Below, piece by piece: positions 19,332 to 27,972 of a stretch of 49,541 bases of DNA (its first letter is position 1; each line of letters begins with the position of its first letter). The notes under the pieces were generated by a model. That model was not told the origin of the DNA. It saw only the letters and a list, made by a program, of their open reading frames with translations, and made no database searches. This stretch comes from Lachnospiraceae bacterium (lineage in GTDB: Archaea; Thermoplasmatota; Thermoplasmata; Methanomassiliicoccales; Methanomethylophilaceae). The DNA is taken from positions 1 through 49,541 of the forward strand of contig CAVHQB010000001.1 in NCBI GenBank assembly GCA_963637895.1, written 5' to 3'. The translations under genes and the position numbers were made by a program.

Positions 19332-19675
19332 GCAGGCTCGGTTCAAGGGCGGACGTGCTGTTCGATGCCGTGGTCGCAGACGGCATCGTCCTGGCAGCGC
19401 AGGAAGGGCAGGACGGCATCGGCATATGCGGGTCCGTCATGGAAGACGGGAACGGATGCTACCTCCGCATGGAGGGGCTCGGCGCGCCGGAGATCGGGAT
19501 GCTGTTCGTGTCCGACGGAGAAGGCACCGGCCTGAGCGACGGGATGGCATCGAGGCTCAGAGAAGAGATCGGCAAGGGGCTGGCAGTGGTCGTGGACCGC
19601 TACGAGCAGACGTTCGCGTTCTATCTGGTGGACGGAGAAGGCTCCAGGACCGCAGAGGCCCTGCTGTCGGAATGA
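19328..19675 (+). CDS. Hypothetical protein resembling an inactive JAB/MPN domain
   Basis: ATGA-coupled to the previous gene. IGMLFVSDGEGTGLSDG...AVVVDR...FAFY lines up with the MPN pattern GWYHSHPG...SxxD...VVDP but lacks the His pair. Confidence 0.5.
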   Translation: MSRLGSRADVLFDAVVADGIVLAAQEGQDGIGICGSVMEDGNGCYLRMEGLGAPEIGMLFVSDGEGTGLSDGMASRLREEIGKGLAVVVDRYEQTFAFYLVDGEGSRTAEALLSE

Positions 19676-19677
19676 CG

Positions 19678-20244
19678 TCACACCCATATCGCGTGGCGGT
19701 TGCGCATCTCCTCTTCCGTGGCGCCGTCGATCTCCATGAGGTCGCTGACCATGCAGTCGAAGAGCAGCAGCGCCGAATCCTCGAAGATCGTTCCCAGCGG
19801 GGCGACCTTCCTGACATCCTCGCTGTCGTCCACGTCCATGATTATCGGGACGTCGGACACCTCGGCAAGGGGGCTCCCCGGGACGCCTGTGACGCAGACT
19901 ATCCTGGATCCGATGCGCTTGGCGATGCGGGCCGTCTGAACGACGGAGGATGTCTTCCCGGTGTAGGATATCAGAAGAGTGAGATCTTCTTTCCCGATGA
20001 TCGGGGTGGTCATCTCACCGACGAAATGCACGTCGTAGCCGAGCTGGACAAGCCTCACGGCGAACAGCTGTCCCACGAGCCCGGACCTGCCCGAGCCGTA
20101 GACGAAGACCTTCCTGGCGGACCTTATCCCGTCTATGAGGGCCTTCTTGGATCCCGGGTCTATGCTGTCCAGGGACCTCTTGCAACCGGCCGTTATGGCG
20201 TCCAGCGCGTCCTGCAAATCACTCACCGGTGCTGGCAGCGGCAT
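19678..20244 (-). CDS. hxlB: 6-phospho-3-hexuloisomerase (SIS domain)
   Basis: VYGSGRSGL, VGEMTTP, APLGTIFE, MRNRH. Confidence 0.85.
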   Translation of the reverse strand: MPLPAPVSDLQDALDAITAGCKRSLDSIDPGSKKALIDGIRSARKVFVYGSGRSGLVGQLFAVRLVQLGYDVHFVGEMTTPIIGKEDLTLLISYTGKTSSVVQTARIAKRIGSRIVCVTGVPGSPLAEVSDVPIIMDVDDSEDVRKVAPLGTIFEDSALLLFDCMVSDLMEIDGATEEEMRNRHAIWV

Positions 20245-21268
20245 CGGCCTCTGCCTTCCTCTTCTGCTTCAGGTCCTTTGCGACCTTCTTGCTGAGGCCT
20301 CTCTCGTGGATGATCCTCATGTACATCGCATCGTGCTCGAGGAGAGGGGATGTGGATATGACCGTGCAGTCGGGCTTCAGCTCGATGAGGGCCTCCGCCA
20401 GGGGGTCGAACCTCAGGTCGCCCTTCTTGATGGGGGTGAGGCGCCTCTCGTTGCCCTGCTCGTACTCGACTCCGGAGAACGCGGTGTGGAACGTGCCGCC
20501 GGTGTAGGGCTTGACGGTCTCCATGAGGTCGATGAAATCATCGGTCTCGAGGAGCTTCCCGTTCTCGCGGGAGTGGTAGTGGGAGAAGTTGATGACGGGC
20601 ACGATGTCCCCGTTGAACATGTCGCAGACGTCCAGGACCTGCTCCAGGGAGCCGAAGACCTTCTGGTTGCCGGTGATCTCGACACCGATCTTCGGTCTGA
20701 GGTTGCAGTCGTGCCACCAGTCGACTATGCATCCGAGGTTGTTGAGGATCGTCTCATCGACCTCCTCCTCGGGGCGCTTGTCGTCGTAGAGGCCCAGGCT
20801 GGTGACCACGACGGAGCCGTCGAGGGCGTCCAGCATGATGCCGGCGTACCTGAGGCTGTTCATGCAGTTGTCTGCCAGCTCGGACTCGGACCCCAGGTCC
20901 ATGTAGTACGGTGTGTGTATCGAGAGGCTCACGTCCATCCTCTTGGCCATCACGCCGATGTGCTCCAGGTCCCCGAAGGTCCCTGCGATGGGCGAGGGCA
21001 TGTAGATGAGGTCGTCGTCCTCTTCGATGGGCTCGTCCCTGTCCCCGATGGGCATTCCGTCGCGGACGACCTCGATCACGAAGTCCTCCTCGATATCCTT
21101 GATGGTCCCGCCGATCTCCTCGTCTTCGGGGCATCTGCTGAATGCTCCCGGGCGCACGAGCTGGATCTCCAGAGCGCTCAGGCTGAGGTTGTTGACATCC
21201 TCGATGCCGTCTTCGAGGGTGCGTCCTTTGCACGACAGAGGGATTCCTGCAGGTCCGAACCTTATCAT
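20219..21268 (-). CDS. Endonuclease IV-like TIM-barrel protein
   Basis: MIRFGPAGIP, LSIHTPYYMDL, GVEITG...FGSLE, PVINFSH, SPLLEHDA. Confidence 0.82.
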   Translation of the reverse strand: MIRFGPAGIPLSCKGRTLEDGIEDVNNLSLSALEIQLVRPGAFSRCPEDEEIGGTIKDIEEDFVIEVVRDGMPIGDRDEPIEEDDDLIYMPSPIAGTFGDLEHIGVMAKRMDVSLSIHTPYYMDLGSESELADNCMNSLRYAGIMLDALDGSVVVTSLGLYDDKRPEEEVDETILNNLGCIVDWWHDCNLRPKIGVEITGNQKVFGSLEQVLDVCDMFNGDIVPVINFSHYHSRENGKLLETDDFIDLMETVKPYTGGTFHTAFSGVEYEQGNERRLTPIKKGDLRFDPLAEALIELKPDCTVISTSPLLEHDAMYMRIIHERGLSKKVAKDLKQKRKAEADAAASTGE

Positions 21269-21418
21269 ACGATCACTGGCGAGACAACCCCCACCTCCTA
21301 TTAATAAGATAGCGCGCGCGGTGCGCGCACAGCGGGCGTGCTTAGCAATCTTTATAAACAACACCAATATAGCGCACCTCACCAAACGGTTTACCGAAAT
21401 GTCGGGAGAGTCAGAAAA

Positions 21419-21778
21419 ATGAAGAGCTGCAAGACAAATCCCCAGCTCGTCGCCACCATCAGCAACCTGAAGGCGAAGACTAGGGAGACAGAAGCTGCCA
21501 TCTGGCGAGACATCGCGCTTAGGCTCGAGAAACCCAAGAGGAACTGGGCCGAAGCGAATCTCAGCAAACTGGAGAGATACGCCGAGGAGGGCGAGACCAT
21601 CGTCGTCCCCGGAAAAGTGCTCGCCGCAGGCAACATAAGCAAGAAGATCACAGTCGCCGCGTACGATTTCTCGGACGCTGCCGCCAAGGCCATCGTGGCC
21701 GCCGGCGGGAAGACGCTGTCCATCGAGGAGCTGGCCGAGGCCAACCCCAAGGGAACCGGCGTCAGGATCATGAGGTGA
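21419..21778 (+). CDS. rpl18e: 50S ribosomal protein L18e
   Basis: KTNPQL, IWRDIA, VVPGKVL, NPKG. Confidence 0.96.
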   Translation: MKSCKTNPQLVATISNLKAKTRETEAAIWRDIALRLEKPKRNWAEANLSKLERYAEEGETIVVPGKVLAAGNISKKITVAAYDFSDAAAKAIVAAGGKTLSIEELAEANPKGTGVRIMR

Positions 21779-21783
21779 TTCAG

Positions 21784-22209
21784 ATGGTTACAATTATCGA
21801 CGGAAGGAACCTGATCCACGGAAGGCTGGCCAGCGTGGTCGCCGAGAGGATCATGGCCGGAGAGGAGATCGTAGTCCTCAACGCCGAAGCTATCATCATC
21901 ACCGGCGTCAAGGAGAACGTCTTCGCCGACTTCAAAGCGAAGGTCGACCGTGGAGACACGACCAAGAGGAAGGGACCCTTCTACCCCCGCAGGGCGGATC
22001 TCCTGTTCAAGAGATGCGTCAGGGGAATGATCCCCTGGACCTCCACCTCCGGAAGGGAGGCCTACAGGAGGCTCCACGTCTTCGTCGGAACCCCCAAGCA
22101 GTTCCAGGACTGCGAGAAGGAGAGGCCCGAGGAAGCCTGCAGGAAGATTACCGGCAAATACACTACCCTGGGAGCCGTATCCAAATTCCTGGGTTCCAAC
22201 GTGAGGTGA
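21784..22209 (+). CDS. rpl13: 50S ribosomal protein L13
   Basis: GRLASVVA, GPFYPRR, VRGMIP. Confidence 0.96.
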   Translation: MVTIIDGRNLIHGRLASVVAERIMAGEEIVVLNAEAIIITGVKENVFADFKAKVDRGDTTKRKGPFYPRRADLLFKRCVRGMIPWTSTSGREAYRRLHVFVGTPKQFQDCEKERPEEACRKITGKYTTLGAVSKFLGSNVR

Positions 22210-22213
22210 TCCC

Positions 22214-22615
22214 ATGGTTGAGTGCGTCAACACAAGCGGAAAGAGGAAGACCGCCATCGCTAGGGCCGTCGTCAAAGAGGGAACCGGCAGGGTGACCATC
22301 AACAAGGTCCCCATCGATGTCTTCACCCCCGAGCTCGCTAAGCTCAAGATCATGGAGCCCCTCGGACTTGTGCCCGAGAAGGCCCAGAACGTCGACATCT
22401 CCGTCACCGTCAACGGCGGCGGAGTCATGGGACAGGCGACTGCCGCAAGGACCGCCATCGCCAGGGGACTCGTCGAGTACTACAAGGACGACGAGCTCGA
22501 GGCCGTGTTCAGGTCTTACGACAGGACCCTCATCATCAACGACGACAGGCGCAAGCTGCCCAAGAACCCTCTTGGACCTGGTGCCCGTGCAAAGAAGCAG
22601 AAATCCTACCGTTGA
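22214..22615 (+). CDS. rps9: 30S ribosomal protein S9
   Basis: SGKRKTAIARA, GGGVMGQ, QKSYR. Confidence 0.97.
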   Translation: MVECVNTSGKRKTAIARAVVKEGTGRVTINKVPIDVFTPELAKLKIMEPLGLVPEKAQNVDISVTVNGGGVMGQATAARTAIARGLVEYYKDDELEAVFRSYDRTLIINDDRRKLPKNPLGPGARAKKQKSYR

Positions 22616-22624
22616 GGCTTTGGC

Positions 22625-22816
22625 ATGATAATACCGGTGAGATGTTTCACATGCGGAAAGGTCGTTGGATCGGCCTATCCGGTGTACATGCAACGTGTGA
22701 GCGCAGGCGAGGACCCGAAAGCTGTCCTCGATGATCTCGGCTTCGAGAGATACTGCTGCCGCAGGATGATCGTCTCCCATGCCGACCTCATAAAGGAGAT
22801 TGCTCCGCTCGGATGA
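22625..22816 (+). CDS. rpoN: RNA polymerase subunit N (Rpo10)
   Basis: [19 protein letters not shown]. Confidence 0.97.
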   Translation: MIIPVRCFTCGKVVGSAYPVYMQRVSAGEDPKAVLDDLGFERYCCRRMIVSHADLIKEIAPLG

Positions 22817-22822
22817 AAACGA

Positions 22823-22869
22823 ACGGTTCCGGAGGTGCCACACGCGCCTCCGGGACCGTCAACTTTTTT
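22823..22869 (+). terminator. Long hairpin + T-tract after rpoN; the T-tract overlaps the tRNA-Pro TATA box
   Basis: ACGGTTCCGGAGGTGC / GCGCCTCCGGGACCGT, then TTTTTTAATA. Confidence 0.6.
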
Positions 22870-22894
22870 AATAAGAACTCAATCCCCGTCTTGT

Positions 22895-22967
22895 GGGCCC
22901 GTGGGGTAGCTTGGTATCCTTCGTGCTTGGGGTGCACGTAACTCCAGTTCAAATCTGGGCGGGCCCA
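22895..22967 (+). tRNA. tRNA-Pro(GGG)
   Basis: GGGCCCGTGGGGTAGC...CGTGC-TTGGGGT-GCACG...GTTCAAATC...GGGCCCA. Confidence 0.95.
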
Positions 22968-23057
22968 CTCCCTTGATTTCTGCGTGCTCGGTTTGCATTC
23001 TGCGGGTTTCTCATCGTTCGTAGAAGCACGACTGCAACCCAACTGTGGGCATGCATC

Positions 23058-23615
23058 TCAGACGAAAGCCATCATTTGATTGAGAGTATTCTCGTTGTTT
23101 CTTTTGATGAGTTTGAACCCGTGGGTCTTGTAATATCCTAGAAGTTCATCATGGCAGTCCAGACGAACCACTCTGCATCCTACGCGTAATTTCGCTTCTT
23201 TAAAGATGTCGAAGGCTAAATCAAGCATCGTCGCGCCCAGCCCTTTGGGCGCATCTGCTGACCGAGATAGTTGCCCCAGCAGGTATGATTGCGCAACAAG
23301 CGAGTCTTTTTCGATGTTCATTTTCTTGAGGGTCTTTCCGCTGAGGAGATTGTCTATCGGCATCCTCATGCATTTGATGCTAAGTGTGAAGTAACCGAGA
23401 ACCTCCAATCTTGAATCAGACAGGGCCACATATGTCCTGGAAGCATCTCTCTTTTCCATCTCGATCGCTTTCTCGTGGAGATACGATTCGGTAGCGGATT
23501 CGTAGATGGGCTGATACGCAGAGAGGACCGTCTGCGTCCACTCTTCTCCATATTTCTCAAGAAGTGTGGATAGGGCAACCATCGAGAATTGGTTCCTGCT
23601 TGTCAAAGTCATCAC
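23058..23615 (-). CDS. GNAT acetyltransferase (toxin-like)
   Basis: YLHEKAIEMEK...SRTYV...GYFTL...YLLGQL...GLGATML...RVVRLDC...YYKTHGF; lower GC than flanking genes. Confidence 0.8.
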   Translation of the reverse strand: MMTLTSRNQFSMVALSTLLEKYGEEWTQTVLSAYQPIYESATESYLHEKAIEMEKRDASRTYVALSDSRLEVLGYFTLSIKCMRMPIDNLLSGKTLKKMNIEKDSLVAQSYLLGQLSRSADAPKGLGATMLDLAFDIFKEAKLRVGCRVVRLDCHDELLGYYKTHGFKLIKRNNENTLNQMMAFV

Positions 23616-23791
23616 TGCTTAGGCTTGTACTTCTCGAACGTTTTACGTACAACTTCGTTGTCGGCATCTACCAGGACGCATTTTGTGTTCCCGCGTTTCC
23701 ACATCACTCCGCTCTCTACCAGAGCCTCGATGTTCGCCGCAGCCTCGGGAGTGTCGATCACCATGTCTTCGAAACATGAGTCTTCAGCCAT
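23612..23791 (-). CDS. Small acidic protein, putative antitoxin
   Basis: 59 aa MAEDSCFEDMVIDTPEAAANIE...; its stop overlaps the GNAT start. Confidence 0.6.
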   Translation of the reverse strand: MAEDSCFEDMVIDTPEAAANIEALVESGVMWKRGNTKCVLVDADNEVVRKTFEKYKPKQ

Positions 23792-23980
23792 ATTTTCGCC
23801 TCGATTGAGCAATTTGTTGTCGAAGTAGAAAACCTTATCTGAGTTTGTCATAGGGGCAAAGGTTTCCAACTCTTCGTTCGGACGAGATATGCCGGGCAGT
23901 TCCCTGCATCTATCCGGGCTCATCGTTCGTGATTCTTATGAGCGTCAGGTCTTATATCGCCGAACGTTCTGTTATCATCC

Positions 23981-24397
23981 ATGCAAGCTGATACGCTGAG
24001 CAAGATCACGGTGGTCGTCCTGGTCCTCGTGCTGATCCTGTCCGTCGCTTCCCTCTACAAGTCTTTCCAGAATGACGGGAAGGACAACGGGGAGTCGGAC
24101 GAGTACACCCTGTTCTTCGGGATGGACTCCGATGCGACCGAGGAGCAGAAGACCGCTCTGAAGGATGCGATCGTGAAGATCGTCACCGACGGTGGCCGCG
24201 GATACACCTGTTATTGGGCCGAGGGCGGCTACAGGGCCGATGACGGCACCGTCGTGAAGGGCCTGCCGACCTTCGTGCTCATCCTGGCCCATACAGACTA
24301 TGATGCTGTGAAGGACCTCGTGAACAAGGTCAAGGGCGAGTTCGGGCTCGACAGCGTCATGGTCGAGACCGCGTCCAAGGTCATAGGCTTCCTCTGA
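23981..24397 (+). CDS. DUF3574-like membrane-anchored protein
   Basis: N-terminal TM; YTLFFG...GYT...AEGGYR.DDG...FGLDSVMVE. Confidence 0.7.
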   Translation: MQADTLSKITVVVLVLVLILSVASLYKSFQNDGKDNGESDEYTLFFGMDSDATEEQKTALKDAIVKIVTDGGRGYTCYWAEGGYRADDGTVVKGLPTFVLILAHTDYDAVKDLVNKVKGEFGLDSVMVETASKVIGFL

Positions 24398-24451
24398 AGC
24401 CGTCAAACATCCGGTCAGCGCTTTCTGCTGCCCGGATCCTTACCATACTCG

Positions 24452-24757
24452 TCAGAGCATGTTCCTGAGGTTGTCGATCTTCGATGCTATGTCGTCGATG
24501 TGATCGGAGATGTCCTGCAGGAACTCGTCGCAGCCGTCCGACACCGTGGCGCCGTCCGTCGTCGGGATGATTATCCCCTGCTGCTCCAGCAGCTTCAGCG
24601 AGTAGCGGACCCTGTGCTTGGGTATGTCCGTCATCTCGGAGAGCCTTATCAGGCCTATCGGCTGGTTGTCGCGCACAGTCTTAAGGATGGAGATGTGGCG
24701 TTCTAGAAGCTCGATCTCATCGGAGATTGATCCCAGAGGGTCCTTGTTGGATGTCAT
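24452..24757 (-). CDS. Small HTH transcriptional regulator
   Basis: QPIGLIRLSE...HRVRYSLKLLEQQGII. Confidence 0.8.
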   Translation of the reverse strand: MTSNKDPLGSISDEIELLERHISILKTVRDNQPIGLIRLSEMTDIPKHRVRYSLKLLEQQGIIIPTTDGATVSDGCDEFLQDISDHIDDIASKIDNLRNML

Positions 24758-24821
24758 AGTCGCCTCGCACAGTCAATCTCCGATAAGAGATTGTAAAAGG
24801 AAAGGGGTTGGGAAATGCGGT

Positions 24822-24986
24822 TCAGCGACCGTACCACTTCTGCTTGCCCCACTTGTTGTAGTTGGCCCACCATCCCTGGACGACGGAACCGCAACAGTCG
24901 AGGGCCTTCTGCTCTGCGTCAGGTCCCTTGAAGGTCCTGTAGCAGTTGAGGCACTGCCATCTCAGTTCGGGCTGTTTCTCTTTCAT
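24822..24986 (-). CDS. Small Cys/Trp-rich protein (possible Zn finger)
   Basis: 54 aa with WQCLNC...DCCG; TTTAATA box ~25 nt upstream; host-like codon usage. Confidence 0.65.
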   Translation of the reverse strand: MKEKQPELRWQCLNCYRTFKGPDAEQKALDCCGSVVQGWWANYNKWGKQKWYGR

Positions 24987-25080
24987 TGTGTCGGAATCAA
25001 GGATATCCGTATTAAAGGTTTGCCAGATGCTCAATCCCCCGAACATCCATTATATACCTTTTATGACATGAAGTATAAAC

Positions 25081-25581
25081 ATGAATAGAATCAAGGTCAT
25101 CAACGAGCCCTCTGAGCTTGTGCCTATGCTAAGGTCCGTTGATACTCCCGTCAAAAGGGATGTTCTGAAAGAGGTGACCTTGGAGTGGAGGACTGCCGAC
25201 GAGATCGAGGAGAAATTCGGCTCCGAAGGCAGGGATGCGATCATATTCTTCGAGAAGATGAAGCTCGTCGAGACCCGCTGGATGTCCAAGAACGGCGGAT
25301 ATCCCGAGAAATCGTACCACACATACTACACCTCGTTCAGCATCAACGCCCAGTGGCCCGTCTACGAGATCAGCGATGTCCTGACGGCCGCCATGATGAG
25401 CGACACGGAATACGCCGAGATAGAAGACAAGATCCTGGAGCAGGTCGGCAAGGACGGCAGGTTCTCCGGCGATGTGGCGGAGTCCCTAGGGCTCACATCC
25501 ACCATGCTGAAGAGCCTGGTGCGCAGGTCCGTCAAGATGGACTACCGCGGCCACAGGATCGAACTCATCCACGAAGAGTAA
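25081..25581 (+). CDS. Archaeal ArsR-type transcriptional regulator
   Basis: IKVINEPSELVPML, FFEKMKLVETRW, YHTYY. Confidence 0.8.
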   Translation: MNRIKVINEPSELVPMLRSVDTPVKRDVLKEVTLEWRTADEIEEKFGSEGRDAIIFFEKMKLVETRWMSKNGGYPEKSYHTYYTSFSINAQWPVYEISDVLTAAMMSDTEYAEIEDKILEQVGKDGRFSGDVAESLGLTSTMLKSLVRRSVKMDYRGHRIELIHEE

Positions 25582-25585
25582 GCAG

Positions 25586-26107
25586 ATGGCAGATATCTGG
25601 ATAATGAGGATAGGCCATCGTCCGGAACGCGATAAAAGGGTGACAACGCATGTGGCCCTCTCGTCGCGCGCATTGGGAGCCAAAGGGATCTACGTGGACA
25701 CGGAGGATCCCGTGCTCGAGGAGAACATCCGCAGCGTAGTGCAGAGGTTCGGAGGAGACTACTCGATAAAGACAGGCGTCAGCTGGAAGGAGGCCATCCG
25801 CGAGTTCGACGGGAAGGTCGTCCACCTGACGATGTACGGCCAGAGGGTCGACGAGGCCCTGCCGAAGATCCCCCGCGACGAGAACATAATGATCGTCGTG
25901 GGAGCCGAGAAGGTCCCTGCCGAGGTCTACCAGAGGGCGGATTTCAACGTCTCCGTGGGCAATCAGCCCCATTCCGAGATCGCCGCCCTGGCGATATTCC
26001 TGGACAGGTTCACAGAGGGCAAGGCGCTCTACTCCGACCGCGGAGGGGAGCTGGAAGTCGTTCCCAACGAGAGGGGGAAGACAGTTGTCGAGCATCATCC
26101 CGAATGA
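25586..26107 (+). CDS. trm56: tRNA (cytidine(56)-2'-O)-methyltransferase
   Basis: RIGHRPERDKRVTTHV, HLTMYG, GAEKVP, NQPHSEIAALA. Confidence 0.95.
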   Translation: MADIWIMRIGHRPERDKRVTTHVALSSRALGAKGIYVDTEDPVLEENIRSVVQRFGGDYSIKTGVSWKEAIREFDGKVVHLTMYGQRVDEALPKIPRDENIMIVVGAEKVPAEVYQRADFNVSVGNQPHSEIAALAIFLDRFTEGKALYSDRGGELEVVPNERGKTVVEHHPE

Positions 26108-26681
26108 GGACGAATGCGTCGAGCTCCTGATAGATGCGGGCTGCAAGCGCAGGGTGGTCATCCACTGCTGCACCGTGGAGGCCGTGGCCAAGGAGATGGT
26201 CTCCCGCATCGAGGGCGCGGACCGCGACCTGGTGCTCGCCGGAGCGCTGCTCCACGACATCGGAAGGTCCGTGGACCATTCGATCATGCACGCATACATC
26301 GGATCCCAGATCCTCGCCGAGCAGGGGTTCCCGCAGGCGCTGGTGGACATCGTCCGCAAGCACACGGGGGCCGGCCTGGACCAGGAGGACGTGGACGAGA
26401 TGTGCCTCCCTGCGGGCGACTACATGCCCCGCACGCTGGAGGAGAAGATCGTCGCCCACGCGGACAACCTGGTCAGCGACAACCGCGTCGTGGACCACAT
26501 GCATTCCGTGACGAAGCTCAGGACCAAGGGCGCGGACAGGGGAGCCGACAGGATCGAGGCCCTCCACCAGGAGCTCTCGGAGCTCTACGGCGAGGACCTG
26601 GACTGCATGGCATCCGTCCTGGGCGAGTACCCGTACCTTACGCTGATAGACAGGCACGACCTGTCCAACTGCAGCAGGTGA
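26085..26681 (+). CDS. HDIG-domain phosphohydrolase
   Basis: GALLHDIGRS, HTGAG, EEKIVAHADNL; TTG start behind a G-rich SD. Confidence 0.85.
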   Translation: MSSIIPNEDECVELLIDAGCKRRVVIHCCTVEAVAKEMVSRIEGADRDLVLAGALLHDIGRSVDHSIMHAYIGSQILAEQGFPQALVDIVRKHTGAGLDQEDVDEMCLPAGDYMPRTLEEKIVAHADNLVSDNRVVDHMHSVTKLRTKGADRGADRIEALHQELSELYGEDLDCMASVLGEYPYLTLIDRHDLSNCSR

Positions 26682-26695
26682 GAATTTCTTTCAAC

Positions 26696-26730
26696 GGAGG
26701 CGCCGGGAGAGGTTCTTCCCGGTGCCTTCC
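26696..26730 (+). terminator. GC hairpin after the HD gene
   Basis: GGAGGCGCCGGGA / TCCCGGTGCCTTCC. Confidence 0.45.
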
Positions 26731-26773
26731 ACAACCATAATTATAGGCGTCCGCAGATACAGGAGCCGATAAC

Positions 26774-27085
26774 ATGGTTACCGAGCTCAACGAATCGAAC
26801 TTCGACTCCTTCGTGGAGTCCAACAGCATCGCGATCGTGGACTGCTGGGCCCCCTGGTGCGGACCCTGCAGGCGCATGGGCCCCATAATCGAGGAGGTCG
26901 CGGAGGAGCTGGCCGGCAAGGTCGGCGTCGCAAAGCTCAACACCGATGAGAACCAGGGCATCGCCGTCAGGTTCAACATCAACGCCATCCCGACCCTCCT
27001 GGTCTTCAAGGACAAGGTCCTGGTGGACTCCCTTGTCGGCCTGAGGCCCAAGGACGACATCATCGGCTACGTCAACGGCCTCTGA
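26774..27085 (+). CDS. trxA: Thioredoxin
   Basis: WAPWCGPC, IPTL. Confidence 0.95.
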   Translation: MVTELNESNFDSFVESNSIAIVDCWAPWCGPCRRMGPIIEEVAEELAGKVGVAKLNTDENQGIAVRFNINAIPTLLVFKDKVLVDSLVGLRPKDDIIGYVNGL

Positions 27086-27087
27086 AC

Positions 27088-27972
27088 ATGGACGTCGACA
27101 TCCTGATCATCGGCTGCGGCCCTGCGGGGCTGCAGGCCGCGGTCCACGCGGCGCGCGGGAAGATGTCCGTGGCCGTGGCGGGAAAGCCTTCTGCCAGCGC
27201 CATATCCGGCGCGGAGGTGGACAACTACTTCGGCTCCCCTCCCGTCTCCGGAGACGACCTCCTGGCCCGCGGAATGGCCCAGGCGGAGGCCTCCGGCGCA
27301 GCGGTCCTCGGGCAGAACGTCATGTCCTGCTCCAAGGCCGACGGCGGGTTTGCGGCCGCGATCGAGGACGGCACCGAGGTGCACGCCAAGGCCGTCATCC
27401 TGGCCACCGGGATCTCCCGCAGGAAGCTGGGGGTCCCCGGGGAGAAGGACCTCTTCGGCAAGGGCGTCAGCTACTGCGCCGTCTGCGACTGCAACTTCTA
27501 CAAGGGCCGCAGGGTCGTCGTAGTCGGGAACGATTCCGAAGCGGCCGCGTCCGCCGAGATGATGACCCGCTACGCGTCGGAGACGTCATGGGCGTTCTGG
27601 GACCTGGAGGCGGAGCCGTCCCTGGTCAGGGCCGCGGAGTCCGCAGGGGTCCGCATGGTCCATTCGAAGCCCATATCCATAAACGGCATAGACAAGGTCG
27701 AATCCGTCACCATGGACGACGGCACCGTCATCCCGACGGACGGGGTGTTCATAGAGCTGGGCGCGAGGTCCGCGGCAGACCTGGCCATGGACCTGGACGT
27801 CATGCCCGAGATGGACGACACCATCAAGGTCGGAGCGGACTGCTCCACCGAGGTCCCCGGCGTGTTCGCCTGCGGGGACGTGACCGGGAGGCCATGGCAG
27901 GTCGCCAGGGCTGTCGGCCAGGGATGCGTCGCAGGCACCGCCGCGGCGGCATACGTGAGGTCAATCAGATGA
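27088..27972 (+). CDS. trxB: Thioredoxin reductase-like flavoprotein
   Basis: GCGPAG, ILATG, GVSYCAVCD, GVFACGD. Confidence 0.88.
   Translation: MDVDILIIGCGPAGLQAAVHAARGKMSVAVAGKPSASAISGAEVDNYFGSPPVSGDDLLARGMAQAEASGAAVLGQNVMSCSKADGGFAAAIEDGTEVHAKAVILATGISRRKLGVPGEKDLFGKGVSYCAVCDCNFYKGRRVVVVGNDSEAAASAEMMTRYASETSWAFWDLEAEPSLVRAAESAGVRMVHSKPISINGIDKVESVTMDDGTVIPTDGVFIELGARSAADLAMDLDVMPEMDDTIKVGADCSTEVPGVFACGDVTGRPWQVARAVGQGCVAGTAAAAYVRSIR

Noticed and set aside
12109..22967. Provirus or integrative element at the tRNA genes
   Set aside because: No integrase and no duplicated tRNA 3' end seen in the window.
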